Assembly: GCA_963668645.2 (NCBI GenBank)
Contig: CAXXWC010000021.1
Location: 896,001-960,000, forward strand
DNA from: Desulfobacterales bacterium
Lineage (GTDB): Bacteria > Desulfobacterota > Desulfobacteria > Desulfobacterales > UBA2174
Length of the DNA stretch: 64,000 nt
Reading direction: 5' to 3'
Shown: piece after piece, positions 24,395 through 33,765 of the stretch
Layout of the letters: every line of letters starts with the position of its first letter
How positions within the stretch are numbered: the stretch's first letter is position 1
Translations under genes and position numbers: made by a program
The notes under the pieces: generated by a model
What the model was told of the DNA's origin: nothing
The model's database searches: none
What the model saw: the letters and a program-made list of their open reading frames with translations, nothing else

Positions 24395-24580
24395 ATATGG
24401 ATGATGCCATGACCCAAGGGCAGTTTGAAACAGCTATCTCTTGAAAAATCCAGCGTGAACCGCCTGTTGGACGGGCTTGAGCGACGTGCATGGATTGTGC
24501 GAACCCCAAACTCGAAAGACAGCAGGCAAAAACTCGTTACGCCGAGGCCAAAGGTCCTGGATACTGCAAACGGAGTTTGC
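24395..24580 (+). pseudogene. MarR-family regulator fragment
   Basis: MTQGQ / LSLEKSSVNRLLDGLERRAWIVRTPNSKDSRQKLV. Confidence 0.65.
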
Positions 24581-24583
24581 AGA

Positions 24584-26155
24584 TCAGAACGGAAAGTCCT
24601 CCTGGTAATCGACCGTTTTTTCGACGGACTTTTGCACAGGCTGCTGGGCGAGCTTGTGCACCGGGTTGCCGTCGACAAAGATCGCCTTGTACGGCTTTGT
24701 GGGGCAGGCGTACTCGCATCCCCCGCAGCCGATGCAGATTTCCGGGTTGACTTGCGGGATCACGAGTTTTTTGCCCGGTGTGTTCAGGTAGGGCACCATG
24801 TTGACCGCCTTGGTCGGGCAGTGCTCGCTGCACGCCCCGCAGTTGGTGTTGTCCGTATAGACCACGCAGTTTTCGCGGATGAACCTGGCCACGCCCAGCT
24901 GGGTGAGCTTCTTGCGTTCGACATGCAGCGAAAGCAGGGCCCCGCTCGGACAGATGTTGGTGCAAAGCGTGCACTCGTAGTTGCAGTGGCCGGAATGAAA
25001 GTCCATGCGCGGCTGCATCATTCCGGAAAGACCGAATTCGAGCAGCGAGGGCACGAGCACCCGCGAGGGGCAGGTGCTCACGCACAGGTGGCAGGCCGTG
25101 CAGGTGGCGGTGAAATGGGCGACGCTCCCGGCGCCGGGCGGCGCGACGGGGCTGGTCACGCGCTCGGGAACCGTCGTCGGCTTGCCCTGGATGATTTTTT
25201 GCGCTTGCCCGGCAAGGCCGGTGACTCCCAGCAGCCAGACAGCCGAATTGAGGATAAAGCCGCGCCGTTGCGGTTGCGGGACCTTGTCGGGAACCTTCGG
25301 CTTCAACAGGCGGGCAAAGTGCATCGCTTCCCCGGGGCAATCGGCCAGGCAGTTGTAACAGCCCACACAGCGGCTGGCGTCGACCGCCATGTTGCGCACG
25401 TCGATGCAGCCGGCCTTGCAGACCCGTTCGCAACGCCGGCACCCTGTGCATGCCACCGGATCGATGCGGATTTTAAACAGCGCGATCTTCGAAACCAGAC
25501 CGAGCAGCGCGCCCACCGGACAGACCGTGTTGCAGTACAGGCGACCGCGCGATGCTGCGAGCCAGGCGACCAAAACCAGCGTCAGCATGGCGACGGCAAT
25601 GGATACCGGGGCGACCACCGCCCATCGCACGCGATAAATGGCGTGCATCCCCAACGGTTCGAGCACCATCGCGGCGATGTTGTTGGCCGCGACGGCAACC
25701 GGCCGCAACAGGCCGGAAAAGATGCGCCCGAAGCCGCTGAACGGATCGAGAAAGTTCAACACCAAACCGCCGCCTGCGAGCATAGCCAGCACCGTCAGGG
25801 CGAGGACCGCATAGCGCAGAACGTTGTGCGGCCGGGTGGATTGGAATCGGCGGCCTTTTCGCTTCCGGCGGGCCGCAAAACCGATCACGTCCTGGAAGAT
25901 TCCGAGGGGACAGACGGCCGAGCAGTAGACGCGGCCGAAGAAGACGGTGAGGATCAGGACCGCGATGAAGCCCGCCGTTCCAAAGGCCGCGATGTTGAGG
26001 AACTTGAGCAGCGAAGGGACGAACTGAAGCCAGAGCAGTCCCCGGACAGCGCCCGGGGGAAAGGCGTTTCGGAAATCGAGAAACAGGGCCGCAATCAGCG
26101 CGAAGAAGATTGCCGCGACGCCGATGCGAATCGTTTTAAGGCGGTGAAATTTCAT
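24584..26155 (-). CDS. Membrane polyferredoxin (NapH/MauN-like fused to MauM/NapG-like 4Fe-4S domain)
   Basis: GRVYCSAVCPLG, GRLYCNTVCPVG, multiple CxxCxxCxxxC; start reassigned to MKFHRL. Confidence 0.9.
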   Translation of the reverse strand: MKFHRLKTIRIGVAAIFFALIAALFLDFRNAFPPGAVRGLLWLQFVPSLLKFLNIAAFGTAGFIAVLILTVFFGRVYCSAVCPLGIFQDVIGFAARRKRKGRRFQSTRPHNVLRYAVLALTVLAMLAGGGLVLNFLDPFSGFGRIFSGLLRPVAVAANNIAAMVLEPLGMHAIYRVRWAVVAPVSIAVAMLTLVLVAWLAASRGRLYCNTVCPVGALLGLVSKIALFKIRIDPVACTGCRRCERVCKAGCIDVRNMAVDASRCVGCYNCLADCPGEAMHFARLLKPKVPDKVPQPQRRGFILNSAVWLLGVTGLAGQAQKIIQGKPTTVPERVTSPVAPPGAGSVAHFTATCTACHLCVSTCPSRVLVPSLLEFGLSGMMQPRMDFHSGHCNYECTLCTNICPSGALLSLHVERKKLTQLGVARFIRENCVVYTDNTNCGACSEHCPTKAVNMVPYLNTPGKKLVIPQVNPEICIGCGGCEYACPTKPYKAIFVDGNPVHKLAQQPVQKSVEKTVDYQEDFPF

Positions 26156-26160
26156 GGACC

Positions 26161-27081
26161 CTAGAGTTTGATGCGGTTGATCTTCAGCGCCCCCAGATCC
26201 ATCCGGCCAAGATTCATCCGCGAAGCGAGCGTGATGTGGCGCACGTCGGCCGGATCCATGCCGAAGAGCCGGGCCGCCGCGGCGTCGGCCGCCACGAGGT
26301 CCGTAGAAACGATCTGCGACTTCATCGGCACCACATCGCCGGCCGACACCCCGCGCGGCCCGTTCTGTTTCATCACGTTGTAGGCGTCCACCACGGTCAG
26401 CGCGGGCTTGCGGTACGAGGCAAAATCCGCGATGCACTGGTGAAGATCGTTGAGATGCCAGTACCACCGGTCCCAGACCACGCCCATGAGGTTCTTCATG
26501 CCGATGGTGAGCATCGAAGAGCTGTGGTGCTTCAGCACCGGCACGTTGATAAAAACATCCGCCTCCAGAAGCAGTTCGTGGACCCTGGCCTCGGTGAGCC
26601 GTTTGCCGCCGGGTACGCGCACCGATTGATAATAGCCGCCGCTGTCGCCCGAGACGATCCTGCCGCCGGCGTCCTTCACCGCCCTTTCGATGCCGCTGTT
26701 GCGGTAGCAGCCGGTCCAGGTGTCGCAAGTATGGTCGAAGACCGAGACCTCTTTGGCGCCGGCCTTCAGGCAGTGCTCGATGATGCGCGCCACGAGTTTC
26801 GGGTGGGTGTTGCCGGCCCGTTCCGGTGGCACGTCCCAACCGATGTTCGGTTTGACCAGGACCTTGCTGCCCTTGGTCACGAAGGCCTCCATCCCGCCCA
26901 GAGACGCGATTGCCCGGTCGAACATCACCTCTGGTTCTCCCCCCTTGACCGCGACCAGATCGTACGGGGCGGCCGAGGGCGCGGCCGCGCGGGCCAAGCG
27001 CCGGACCCCCCCGAAAAGCACGCTCGATCCGGCCAGGGCGCTCCCGGCAATGGCCTTTTTCAGAAAATCACGGCGATCCAT
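26161..27081 (-). CDS. Tat-exported DUF362 domain protein
   Basis: MDRRDFLK Tat motif; VLVKPNIGW, INVPVLKHH, GMKNLMG. Confidence 0.9.
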   Translation of the reverse strand: MDRRDFLKKAIAGSALAGSSVLFGGVRRLARAAAPSAAPYDLVAVKGGEPEVMFDRAIASLGGMEAFVTKGSKVLVKPNIGWDVPPERAGNTHPKLVARIIEHCLKAGAKEVSVFDHTCDTWTGCYRNSGIERAVKDAGGRIVSGDSGGYYQSVRVPGGKRLTEARVHELLLEADVFINVPVLKHHSSSMLTIGMKNLMGVVWDRWYWHLNDLHQCIADFASYRKPALTVVDAYNVMKQNGPRGVSAGDVVPMKSQIVSTDLVAADAAAARLFGMDPADVRHITLASRMNLGRMDLGALKINRIKL

Positions 27082-27350
27082 GAGAACCTCCCGGGTTAAA
27101 CGTTTCGATCAACCGGTCTGCGATGGACTGCACTTCTGTATGCCTGTGAACAGGCGCCTTTGAGCCTGCCAGACCCCGCCCGGGATCTTCGAATCCGGCC
27201 ACGCCTCGCAAGGAGGCTCTGTGACTTGCCTGACAGCCTGAGTCCACCTTTCCACAAACTGTTACAATTACCATTCTCAATTGCGATGCAATATACCACC
27301 CGGCCTGGCGAATCAACACCGGCACGTCTTTGCGGCACGGTGAATTTGTT

Positions 27351-28090
27351 CTATGCCCGTGTTGCGGTCGGCCGGCAGTTGTCAGTCATGGCCAGATAGT
27401 CGAAGACCAAGCGGACGTTGCGAGCCAGTTGGAGCATTTTTTGCGCCACGCTGCGCACACCTTTGGATTTAATTGCGCTTACGGCAAAGCGGCGCAACCG
27501 GGTGATATTTTCAGGCCCGTGGCCTTTGCGGATACGGCTGCGGTCTTCGTCGAAGTTCCAGTCGATGATGTAATGGCATTTGTTTTCGATGCACCAATGG
27601 CCGCGGTTTATGGCCAGCAGGCATCGGGCGTCGGCCTGCTCGGCAGGTCTACTGGTGATACCGTAAGCAATCTCAAATGATTGTTTGCCGCTTTTTTTGT
27701 CCGTGCATCGGCGTTCGATGACAAAAGCTTGTTGGACGTGAGGAAAGTCGAGAAACTCGTTGAGTTCGGTGGTGGTCCAGATCTTGCGCTCTTCGATGCG
27801 GCCGTGGTCGGGCGGGTCGCAAAGGATGAAATCGGGTTGGCCGCGGTCTTTGAAGTACAGACCGATGTCGTCGAACAGTCCGGGCTGGTTGTTTTTGACG
27901 GTGAAGTGGTAGTGGGCGCCGCGCTGCTCGACGATGTATTCGGCGAACTTTCTCTGTGTCAGCAGGGCATCGGCGGTGATGTCTTTGTTTTCGATCTTGA
28001 TGGCATCGAGCAGGGGCTGGGCGGTCTTGATTTCGTTGGTGCGCTTGACCTTTTGGTCGTCTACGGCCAGGTTGCCGACTTTTTTTGGGT
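27351..28090 (-). CDS. ISAs1 transposase C-terminal frame (reached by -1 frameshift)
   Basis: Hand translation KKVGNL...TNEIK...ITADALLTQ...TVKNNQP...HGRIEER...RGHWCIEN...DWNFDEDRSRIR; A7G slippery site near 28079-28086. Confidence 0.85.
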
Positions 28091-29215
28091 GTAGCAGGCA
28101 CTGGTGGTATGGCCGACAACGCTCATGATGTGGGTCTGATAGCCTTGATCGTCAATGGCGTTGCACATGGTTTTGCCATCGATGGCCAGGCATTGGTCGC
28201 AGCCGGCGTGGATGCTGTTCCATTTTTGCAGGGCGTCGTCGAGGCGTGCCGGATCGACCCGGATGAGCACATCGCGGATGATCGACAGACTCGGCACGCT
28301 GTAGTGGCCGTTTCGGTAGCGGCATTGGAAGCGCCGGCGTGCTTTTTGTCCGAGGCTGTTGGCCCAATCGGAGATGGCCTGGTAGCCGCGCATGCCACAC
28401 AGGGTTGCTGCGGCGGCGATGGCCAAAACGGTTGCCAGACGATGGCGTCGGCCTTGGGGACGTCGCGGATCGGGGATGTCGGCGAAAAATCGGGGCAAAG
28501 ATTGCATGTGTTGAGCCGGCAGCATGATTTTAGGATCTCCTGTTTGATAAAGCGGTGGCAGCATGGTCTGTGACAAGAGGGTTTGCGCATCGGGGCGCAA
28601 CGGTTTGACAAAAACCATTTTGGGTGAGTCGGCCGTGTCGCTGTATCCTTTGGCGTGCCGATGAAAGCCTTTGGAGTTTCCGACCGCAGTCCAGTTGTCG
28701 GCTTTATAGATGGTTCCCTTGAAGCGCGCGGGATCGACGAAGGTTTCGAGCAACAGCACGGGATGTCCGAAAGCGGCTTGCCAGTCGGCGGGCAGTCTTT
28801 TTCGGCACAAGGCCAGGATGCGCGAGGCCAGGTTTGGCAGATGCCAGTCGGGCAGGATCAGAAAACGGCTGTTGTTGGTCAACAAATTGAGCCGATCGAA
28901 CTGATGGTTAAAGGGCCAACCGATCCACTGATCGCGAGCAGCACATTTGAGGGCGGGAGCGGAAAAGCTGACCAAGCCGACCCATTGATCACCGATACAG
29001 GCCGCATATCGCAGGGTTTCACCGATTTTGGGCAAGGCGCCCAAGTAATGATGCCGGTGCATCAAGCTCTGGAAGCGCTGATCTTGATTCTGGCGAACTA
29101 ACCGAACAACGACTTGTTTGAGATACAACACATCGCCCCCCATTAACGAAAGATGACCTGCCGGGGAGCTATATAACTGAATATCAAGGGGTTGTCCAGA
29201 TGTTTTGATAACCAC
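28061..29215 (-). CDS. DUF4338 + DDE-associated N-terminal frame of the ISAs1 transposase
   Basis: HHYLG, RDQWIGW, NNSRFLILP, LLETFVD, IPDPRRPQGRRH, AIDGKT. Confidence 0.85.
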   Translation of the reverse strand: MVIKTSGQPLDIQLYSSPAGHLSLMGGDVLYLKQVVVRLVRQNQDQRFQSLMHRHHYLGALPKIGETLRYAACIGDQWVGLVSFSAPALKCAARDQWIGWPFNHQFDRLNLLTNNSRFLILPDWHLPNLASRILALCRKRLPADWQAAFGHPVLLLETFVDPARFKGTIYKADNWTAVGNSKGFHRHAKGYSDTADSPKMVFVKPLRPDAQTLLSQTMLPPLYQTGDPKIMLPAQHMQSLPRFFADIPDPRRPQGRRHRLATVLAIAAAATLCGMRGYQAISDWANSLGQKARRRFQCRYRNGHYSVPSLSIIRDVLIRVDPARLDDALQKWNSIHAGCDQCLAIDGKTMCNAIDDQGYQTHIMSVVGHTTSACYTQKKSATWP

Positions 29216-29523
29216 TTGGAGTTTAATGGCTTATCGAATCAGCACGAAATCACCATGGTCTTTGCGGTCCAGCACCTCGCGCACTTTGACGACCAAGTTT
29301 TTCAGCGCAAAAGGCTTCAAGTCGCCACGTCTCTTCCCTCAAAGGGATGGACTCCTGAAGCGAAACGCAGATATGAATGGGAAGGCTCGTTCAAGCCCGA
29401 GGTTTGCGCATCGAACCGGATTCCGGATTTACCGTAAATTGAAATGGTTGCGGGCGGCTACTTGTCACAAGAATCACCCGGCGCTAAACTGCACAAAGCT
29501 TGCAGCCCAGAACAGGAGCCAGG

Positions 29524-30012
29524 ATGACACCGGACATAGACCACGCCCAGGTACGCACAGTGGTGCTCGGGGTCGGCAACCGCCTGCGCCGGGACGACGG
29601 GGTGGGCAGCATCGTGGCCCAACGCCTGGCGGCCTCAACACCGCCCGGCTGGCGCGTCGTGGATGCCGGGGTCGGGCCCGAAGATTTTACCGGCCCGATC
29701 CGCCGCTGGCGGCCGGGCCTGCTGCTGATCGTGGATGCCCTGGACATGGGCTTGATCCCGGGAAGCCTGCGCCGGCTGGTGCCCGAAAGGCTTTCGGCCG
29801 AAGACGGCTTTCACAGCCATCACCCGCCGCTGCGGCGACTCTGCGAATTTCTCTCACCGGCGGTGGGACGGATCGAGGTAGTGGCCGTTCAACCGGCCGT
29901 AGTGAATCTGGATCCGGATGGGGGGCTGTCGCTTCCCGTGGCCCGGGCCGCGGCCAGGCTGGTGGGGATTCTGGCCGGCACGGACATCGAGGCCATCAGG
30001 ATTCTGGGCTGA
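29524..30012 (+). CDS. hycI: Hydrogenase maturation endopeptidase (HycI-like)
   Basis: VLGVGNRLRRDDGVG, GVGPEDF, LIVDA, HSHHPPL. Confidence 0.85.
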   Translation: MTPDIDHAQVRTVVLGVGNRLRRDDGVGSIVAQRLAASTPPGWRVVDAGVGPEDFTGPIRRWRPGLLLIVDALDMGLIPGSLRRLVPERLSAEDGFHSHHPPLRRLCEFLSPAVGRIEVVAVQPAVVNLDPDGGLSLPVARAAARLVGILAGTDIEAIRILG

Positions 30013-30472
30013 CCGGACAAGAGGACGCCTCGGCAACCGGTGCCTGCCCGGCCTCGTAGGCGCGCTTCTGGTTGATTCCCACCACGAGGTTGTCGCTGTA
30101 CTTGTCCGTGTCGGCCAGGGTAAATTCGCAGGTCATCTCGATGGCCTGCTGGGCGCACACATCGACGCACTCGCCGCAGAAGGTGCAATGGGCCAGACGG
30201 ATGAGCACACGCCTGGATTTTTTCCCGCCGATAAGCACCGGGTAAAGCTGGATGGCCGCCGAAGGACAGACCCGGGCACAGAGCCCGCAGCCGATACAAT
30301 CGTCAAAATCGTAGATCGGCCGGCCGCGGTAGGTCCGCGGAATCTGCACCGCCCGGCACAGGTCTTCTGCCCGGATCTGATCCAGGCTCACCGGGGCCCG
30401 GCGCACCGGGAAAGGGTTGGTGCGCTTGGGCCGCAGCATCTGGCTGATGATGGTGCCGATCATGCGGGTCAT
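29996..30472 (-). CDS. mbhN: Mbh-type hydrogenase 2x[4Fe-4S] subunit (NuoI-like)
   Basis: TNPFP, YRGRP, CIGCGLCARVCP, CTFCGECVDVCA. Confidence 0.88.
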   Translation of the reverse strand: MTRMIGTIISQMLRPKRTNPFPVRRAPVSLDQIRAEDLCRAVQIPRTYRGRPIYDFDDCIGCGLCARVCPSAAIQLYPVLIGGKKSRRVLIRLAHCTFCGECVDVCAQQAIEMTCEFTLADTDKYSDNLVVGINQKRAYEAGQAPVAEASSCPVSPES

Positions 30473-30564
30473 CTCATGCTCCTGTTTGGAAATTCATGCG
30501 TTGCAGCCTGGCAGATTTTCCCTTTTTAGCCCCCTCCATCCTTGTCGGCCTGCCACGCCCGGTC

Positions 30565-31605
30565 TCAGCCGCCGGCTCCAACGCGCAGCACCGCGTCGAA
30601 ACGGATCAGAAAATGACCGGCCAGACAACAGAGCAACAGGGGGAACAGAAAGACCCGGGCCGCCTGGCCGATCTTGAGCCGGGCCACCACCGAGCGCACC
30701 GTGGTGATGGCCAGCAGGTAGACCGCCAGCATCTTGACCAGGAAAAAGACCACCTCCGCGAGCCCGAGCCAGAGTCCGCGGCCGGCTTCGCCCAGGCCGA
30801 TGAAGTCGATAATCCGGAAGGGAAAGAAAAAGACCACCACCAGGGCGCACAGGGCCGCCGCCTTGATCGCCTCTGCCAGATGCAGCAGGGCCAGGTTGCG
30901 CCCGGAGTACTCGGCCAGCAGCCCCTCGGCGATCTCGGTCTCGGCTTCGGCCTGGTCGAAAGGGATCTTGGACAATTCTGCCGGCAGCACCAGCAACAGG
31001 GGCAGCAGCAGCACCAATACCCCCAGCAGACCGCTCATACCCAGATCCTGCCAGACCGGGTGGCGCAGCACCGCGGCCAGGGAAAAAGGCGGCAGCCCGG
31101 GATGATGTCCGGCCATCTGCATGGCCAGGGTCACCATGGTCACCGCCAGGGGCAGTTCGGTGCAGGCCAGGATCACCATCTCACGCTGGGCCCCCACCGA
31201 GGCGTAGATCGAACCGGAGGCGAAACCGCCCACCACCAGGCATACGGCCGGGATCATCAGCACGTAGAGGATGATGATCATATCGGAAAAATGCGGCGGG
31301 TAGACAGCCGCGCCGAGCAGCCGGGCGATGGGCGGCCAGGTTACGTAAAAGGCCAGCAGCAGGGATGCGGCCAGGGCCAGAGGTGGAGCCCCGTTGAAGA
31401 GCCAGGCCACGGCGGTCTCGGGCACCACGTTGCGCTTGTGCAGCAGCTTGCGGATATCGCGGAATGGCTGGGCCAGCGGCGGTCCGATGCGCCCCTGGTA
31501 ATAGGCGCAGATCTTGCGGTCCAGCCCCTTGAGCAGCAGCCCCACCATCACGGCCGCGGCCGACATTAAAAGGGGGAGCACAAGGTATTGCAGCAGCAGG
31601 GTCAT
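30565..31605 (-). CDS. mbhM: Mbh-type membrane subunit (NuoH-like)
   Basis: QGRIGPPLAQPFRDIRKLL, PFDQAEAETEIAEG...EYSG. Confidence 0.9.
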   Translation of the reverse strand: MTLLLQYLVLPLLMSAAAVMVGLLLKGLDRKICAYYQGRIGPPLAQPFRDIRKLLHKRNVVPETAVAWLFNGAPPLALAASLLLAFYVTWPPIARLLGAAVYPPHFSDMIIILYVLMIPAVCLVVGGFASGSIYASVGAQREMVILACTELPLAVTMVTLAMQMAGHHPGLPPFSLAAVLRHPVWQDLGMSGLLGVLVLLLPLLLVLPAELSKIPFDQAEAETEIAEGLLAEYSGRNLALLHLAEAIKAAALCALVVVFFFPFRIIDFIGLGEAGRGLWLGLAEVVFFLVKMLAVYLLAITTVRSVVARLKIGQAARVFLFPLLLCCLAGHFLIRFDAVLRVGAGG

Positions 31606-32819
31606 GACCGCCTCCGAAGGCTTTCCATCCTGGCCAGCGACCGCCGGCGCAGGTCCTCGGCGCTCAGGGCGAAACTGCGGCCGTCGCCGGCCACGAAACT
31701 CATGCGGTCGGCACAGGCCACGCACGGATCGATGGAGCCGATGATGATCGGAATGTCGGCGATTTCAGCCCCGGCAAGCATCGGGTGCCAGGTCAGCAGG
31801 TTGGAGTAGGTAGGCGCCTTGGCCTTCAGCTGGACCGGTCCGTCCCGTCCATCAAGGACCACGTAATGGCACACCTCGCCGCGGGGCGCCTCGCAGCGGC
31901 CGATGCCGTGTCCATGGACCTTTTTCAAATGCCGCAGCAGCTTGACGTTGTTGGGTTCCCAGCTGATTTCGCCCTCGGGCAGATGATCGATGCAAAATTC
32001 GAGAATCTCCAGACTCTGGCGGATCTCCAGCAAACGGGCCTCAATCCGGGCCATCACGTCCCCGCCAGGACTTTGCGGCAGGACCGGGACCAGCCAGTCC
32101 ATGTCGGCATAGGCCATGTAGGGGGCATCCACGCGCACGTCCCGGGGCACGGCCGAGGCCCGCGCGGTGGGCCCCACCGCCCCGAGCCGTTCGGCCTCGC
32201 TACGGGTCAGGACCCCGACGCCACTGCAACGGGCGCGGACCGAAGCGTCGAAGAGAAACAGGTCCTTAGCGCTTTCGTAGAGCGCATCGTAATCTTCGAT
32301 GATGGCGCGCACCGTATCGATGCCTTCGGCCTCGATATCCCGGCGCACCCCGCCTACAGCGATCATGGCGTAGTTGACCCGGTTGCCGGTGAGCCGCTCC
32401 AGGCCGTCCATCACGCTCTCACGGATGGTCCAGGTGTAGTAAAAAAGGGTATCGAAGCCCATCTGGTGGCTCATCACCCCGCACCAGAGGTTGTGGGAAT
32501 GGAGCCGTTCGAGTTCGGCCACGATAGTGCGGATGTACTGGGCCCGGGGCGGCACGACGATGCCGGCGGCCTCTTCCACCGCCTGGCAAAAGGCCATGGG
32601 ATGGGACACCGAGCAGATCCCGCAGATCCGCTCCACCAGGTAGATCACCTGGACGAAGTTGCGGCGGGTGGCGGCCAGCTCGATGCCCCGGTGGGTAAAG
32701 CCCATGTCGATCTGAAAGTCGACGATGCGTTCGCCTTCGATCTGGCAGCGCACCCGCATCGGCTCCTTGAAGGTCGGATGGGTCGGGCCGATGGTCAGCG
32801 GGTAGGCCAGCGCTTTCAT
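31602..32819 (-). CDS. mbhL: Group 4 [NiFe]-hydrogenase large subunit
   Basis: GPTHPTFKEP; L1 ERICGICS; L2 DPCVACADR followed by a cleavable C-terminal extension. Confidence 0.93.
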   Translation of the reverse strand: MKALAYPLTIGPTHPTFKEPMRVRCQIEGERIVDFQIDMGFTHRGIELAATRRNFVQVIYLVERICGICSVSHPMAFCQAVEEAAGIVVPPRAQYIRTIVAELERLHSHNLWCGVMSHQMGFDTLFYYTWTIRESVMDGLERLTGNRVNYAMIAVGGVRRDIEAEGIDTVRAIIEDYDALYESAKDLFLFDASVRARCSGVGVLTRSEAERLGAVGPTARASAVPRDVRVDAPYMAYADMDWLVPVLPQSPGGDVMARIEARLLEIRQSLEILEFCIDHLPEGEISWEPNNVKLLRHLKKVHGHGIGRCEAPRGEVCHYVVLDGRDGPVQLKAKAPTYSNLLTWHPMLAGAEIADIPIIIGSIDPCVACADRMSFVAGDGRSFALSAEDLRRRSLARMESLRRRS

Positions 32820-33322
32820 GAGACCTCCTCGGGCCGGTCCGTTGCGGCCGCCTGGCGCTGGGGGAAAAAGCCTTCGGGCAGATCCGGGGTGAACATGCGG
32901 CTCGCATCGGACAGACCGACCACCGTGATTCCGAGCATCTCCTGGGCTTCGCGCTCCATGACCTGGGCCCCGGGCAGGATTTCCGTAATGGTGGGAACGC
33001 ACAGGTCGTCGGCCGGCAGCAGGATCTTGAGCACCACCGTCAATTCGCGGCGCGGTCCCTGTCCGGCAAAAAGGGTCAACACATAGATCAGTTCCAGGTC
33101 CTCGCCGCATGCGATGCCGGGCAGCCCGCAGGCGATGTGCAGCCGGCCGAAGCAGGCCAGGGCCGTGACCAGGTCCGGCAGGACGTCGCGCTCCACCGTG
33201 GCAATGACCGTGCTGCGCTCCACCGGGCGCCGGAAACCGTCGCTCGTCCGGCTGACGGTGACATCGTGCACATCCCCTGCAAAGCGGGTTTCCATAAGCT
33301 CTTTAAGGGTTTCAGGCTTCAT
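32816..33322 (-). CDS. mbhK: NuoC-like subunit
   Basis: VPTITEILPGAQVMEREAQEMLGI...PEGFFP. Confidence 0.85.
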   Translation of the reverse strand: MKPETLKELMETRFAGDVHDVTVSRTSDGFRRPVERSTVIATVERDVLPDLVTALACFGRLHIACGLPGIACGEDLELIYVLTLFAGQGPRRELTVVLKILLPADDLCVPTITEILPGAQVMEREAQEMLGITVVGLSDASRMFTPDLPEGFFPQRQAAATDRPEEVS

Positions 33323-33765
33323 GGGCCGGCCTTTTCCATTTTTTCGAGGAGTTCCCAGAGCCGCTGCACCCCGTAGATGATCGCCTCGGGCCGGGGCGGA
33401 CAGCCGGGCACGTAGACCGTCACCGGCAGAAAGCGGTCCACCGGACCGGCCATGGCGTAAGTGTCCTGGAACACCCCCTTGGTCATGCCACAGCTACCCA
33501 CCACCATCACTAGCTTCGGATCGGGGACCTGCTGGTAGACGCGCAGGATGTGGTCGCGGATCTTGACGGTCATCGTGCCGGTGACCAGCAGCAGGTCGGC
33601 GTGGCGCGGCGTGCCCACCAGCTTGATGCCGAAGCGCTCCACATCGTAGCGGGGGGTAAGCAGCGCCAGGATCTCGATATCGCAGGCATTGCACGAACCG
33701 GTGTTCATGTGAAAGGCCCAGATGGAGCGTTTCAGGGCATGGATGGTCGCCGGTTTCAAAGCCAC
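33319..33765 (-). CDS. mbhJ: Group 4 hydrogenase small subunit (NuoB-like)
   Basis: GSCNACDIE, PRHADLLLVTG, VGSC, VPGCPPRPE; GTG start with GGAGG RBS. Confidence 0.92.
   Translation of the reverse strand: MALKPATIHALKRSIWAFHMNTGSCNACDIEILALLTPRYDVERFGIKLVGTPRHADLLLVTGTMTVKIRDHILRVYQQVPDPKLVMVVGSCGMTKGVFQDTYAMAGPVDRFLPVTVYVPGCPPRPEAIIYGVQRLWELLEKMEKAGP

Larger units (their letters stand above)
27336..29436 (-). mobile_element. ISAs1-family element
   Basis: Imperfect ends CACGGTGAAT / ATTTACCGTA; two-frame transposase; no target duplication seen, so the ends are tentative. Confidence 0.75.

Noticed and set aside
24425..26164. 579-aa plus-strand ORF
   Set aside because: Antisense shadow of the polyferredoxin gene; only the first ~50 codons resemble a MarR fragment.
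28061..29215. DUF4338 domain as a Druantia defence gene
   Set aside because: Here it is fused to an ISAs1 transposase with a slippery site, and no other Druantia genes are nearby.
31602..32819. Mbx/Mbs or complex I NuoD instead of a hydrogenase; also [NiFeSe]
   Set aside because: All four Ni-ligating Cys are present as Cys codons, and a maturation protease is adjacent.
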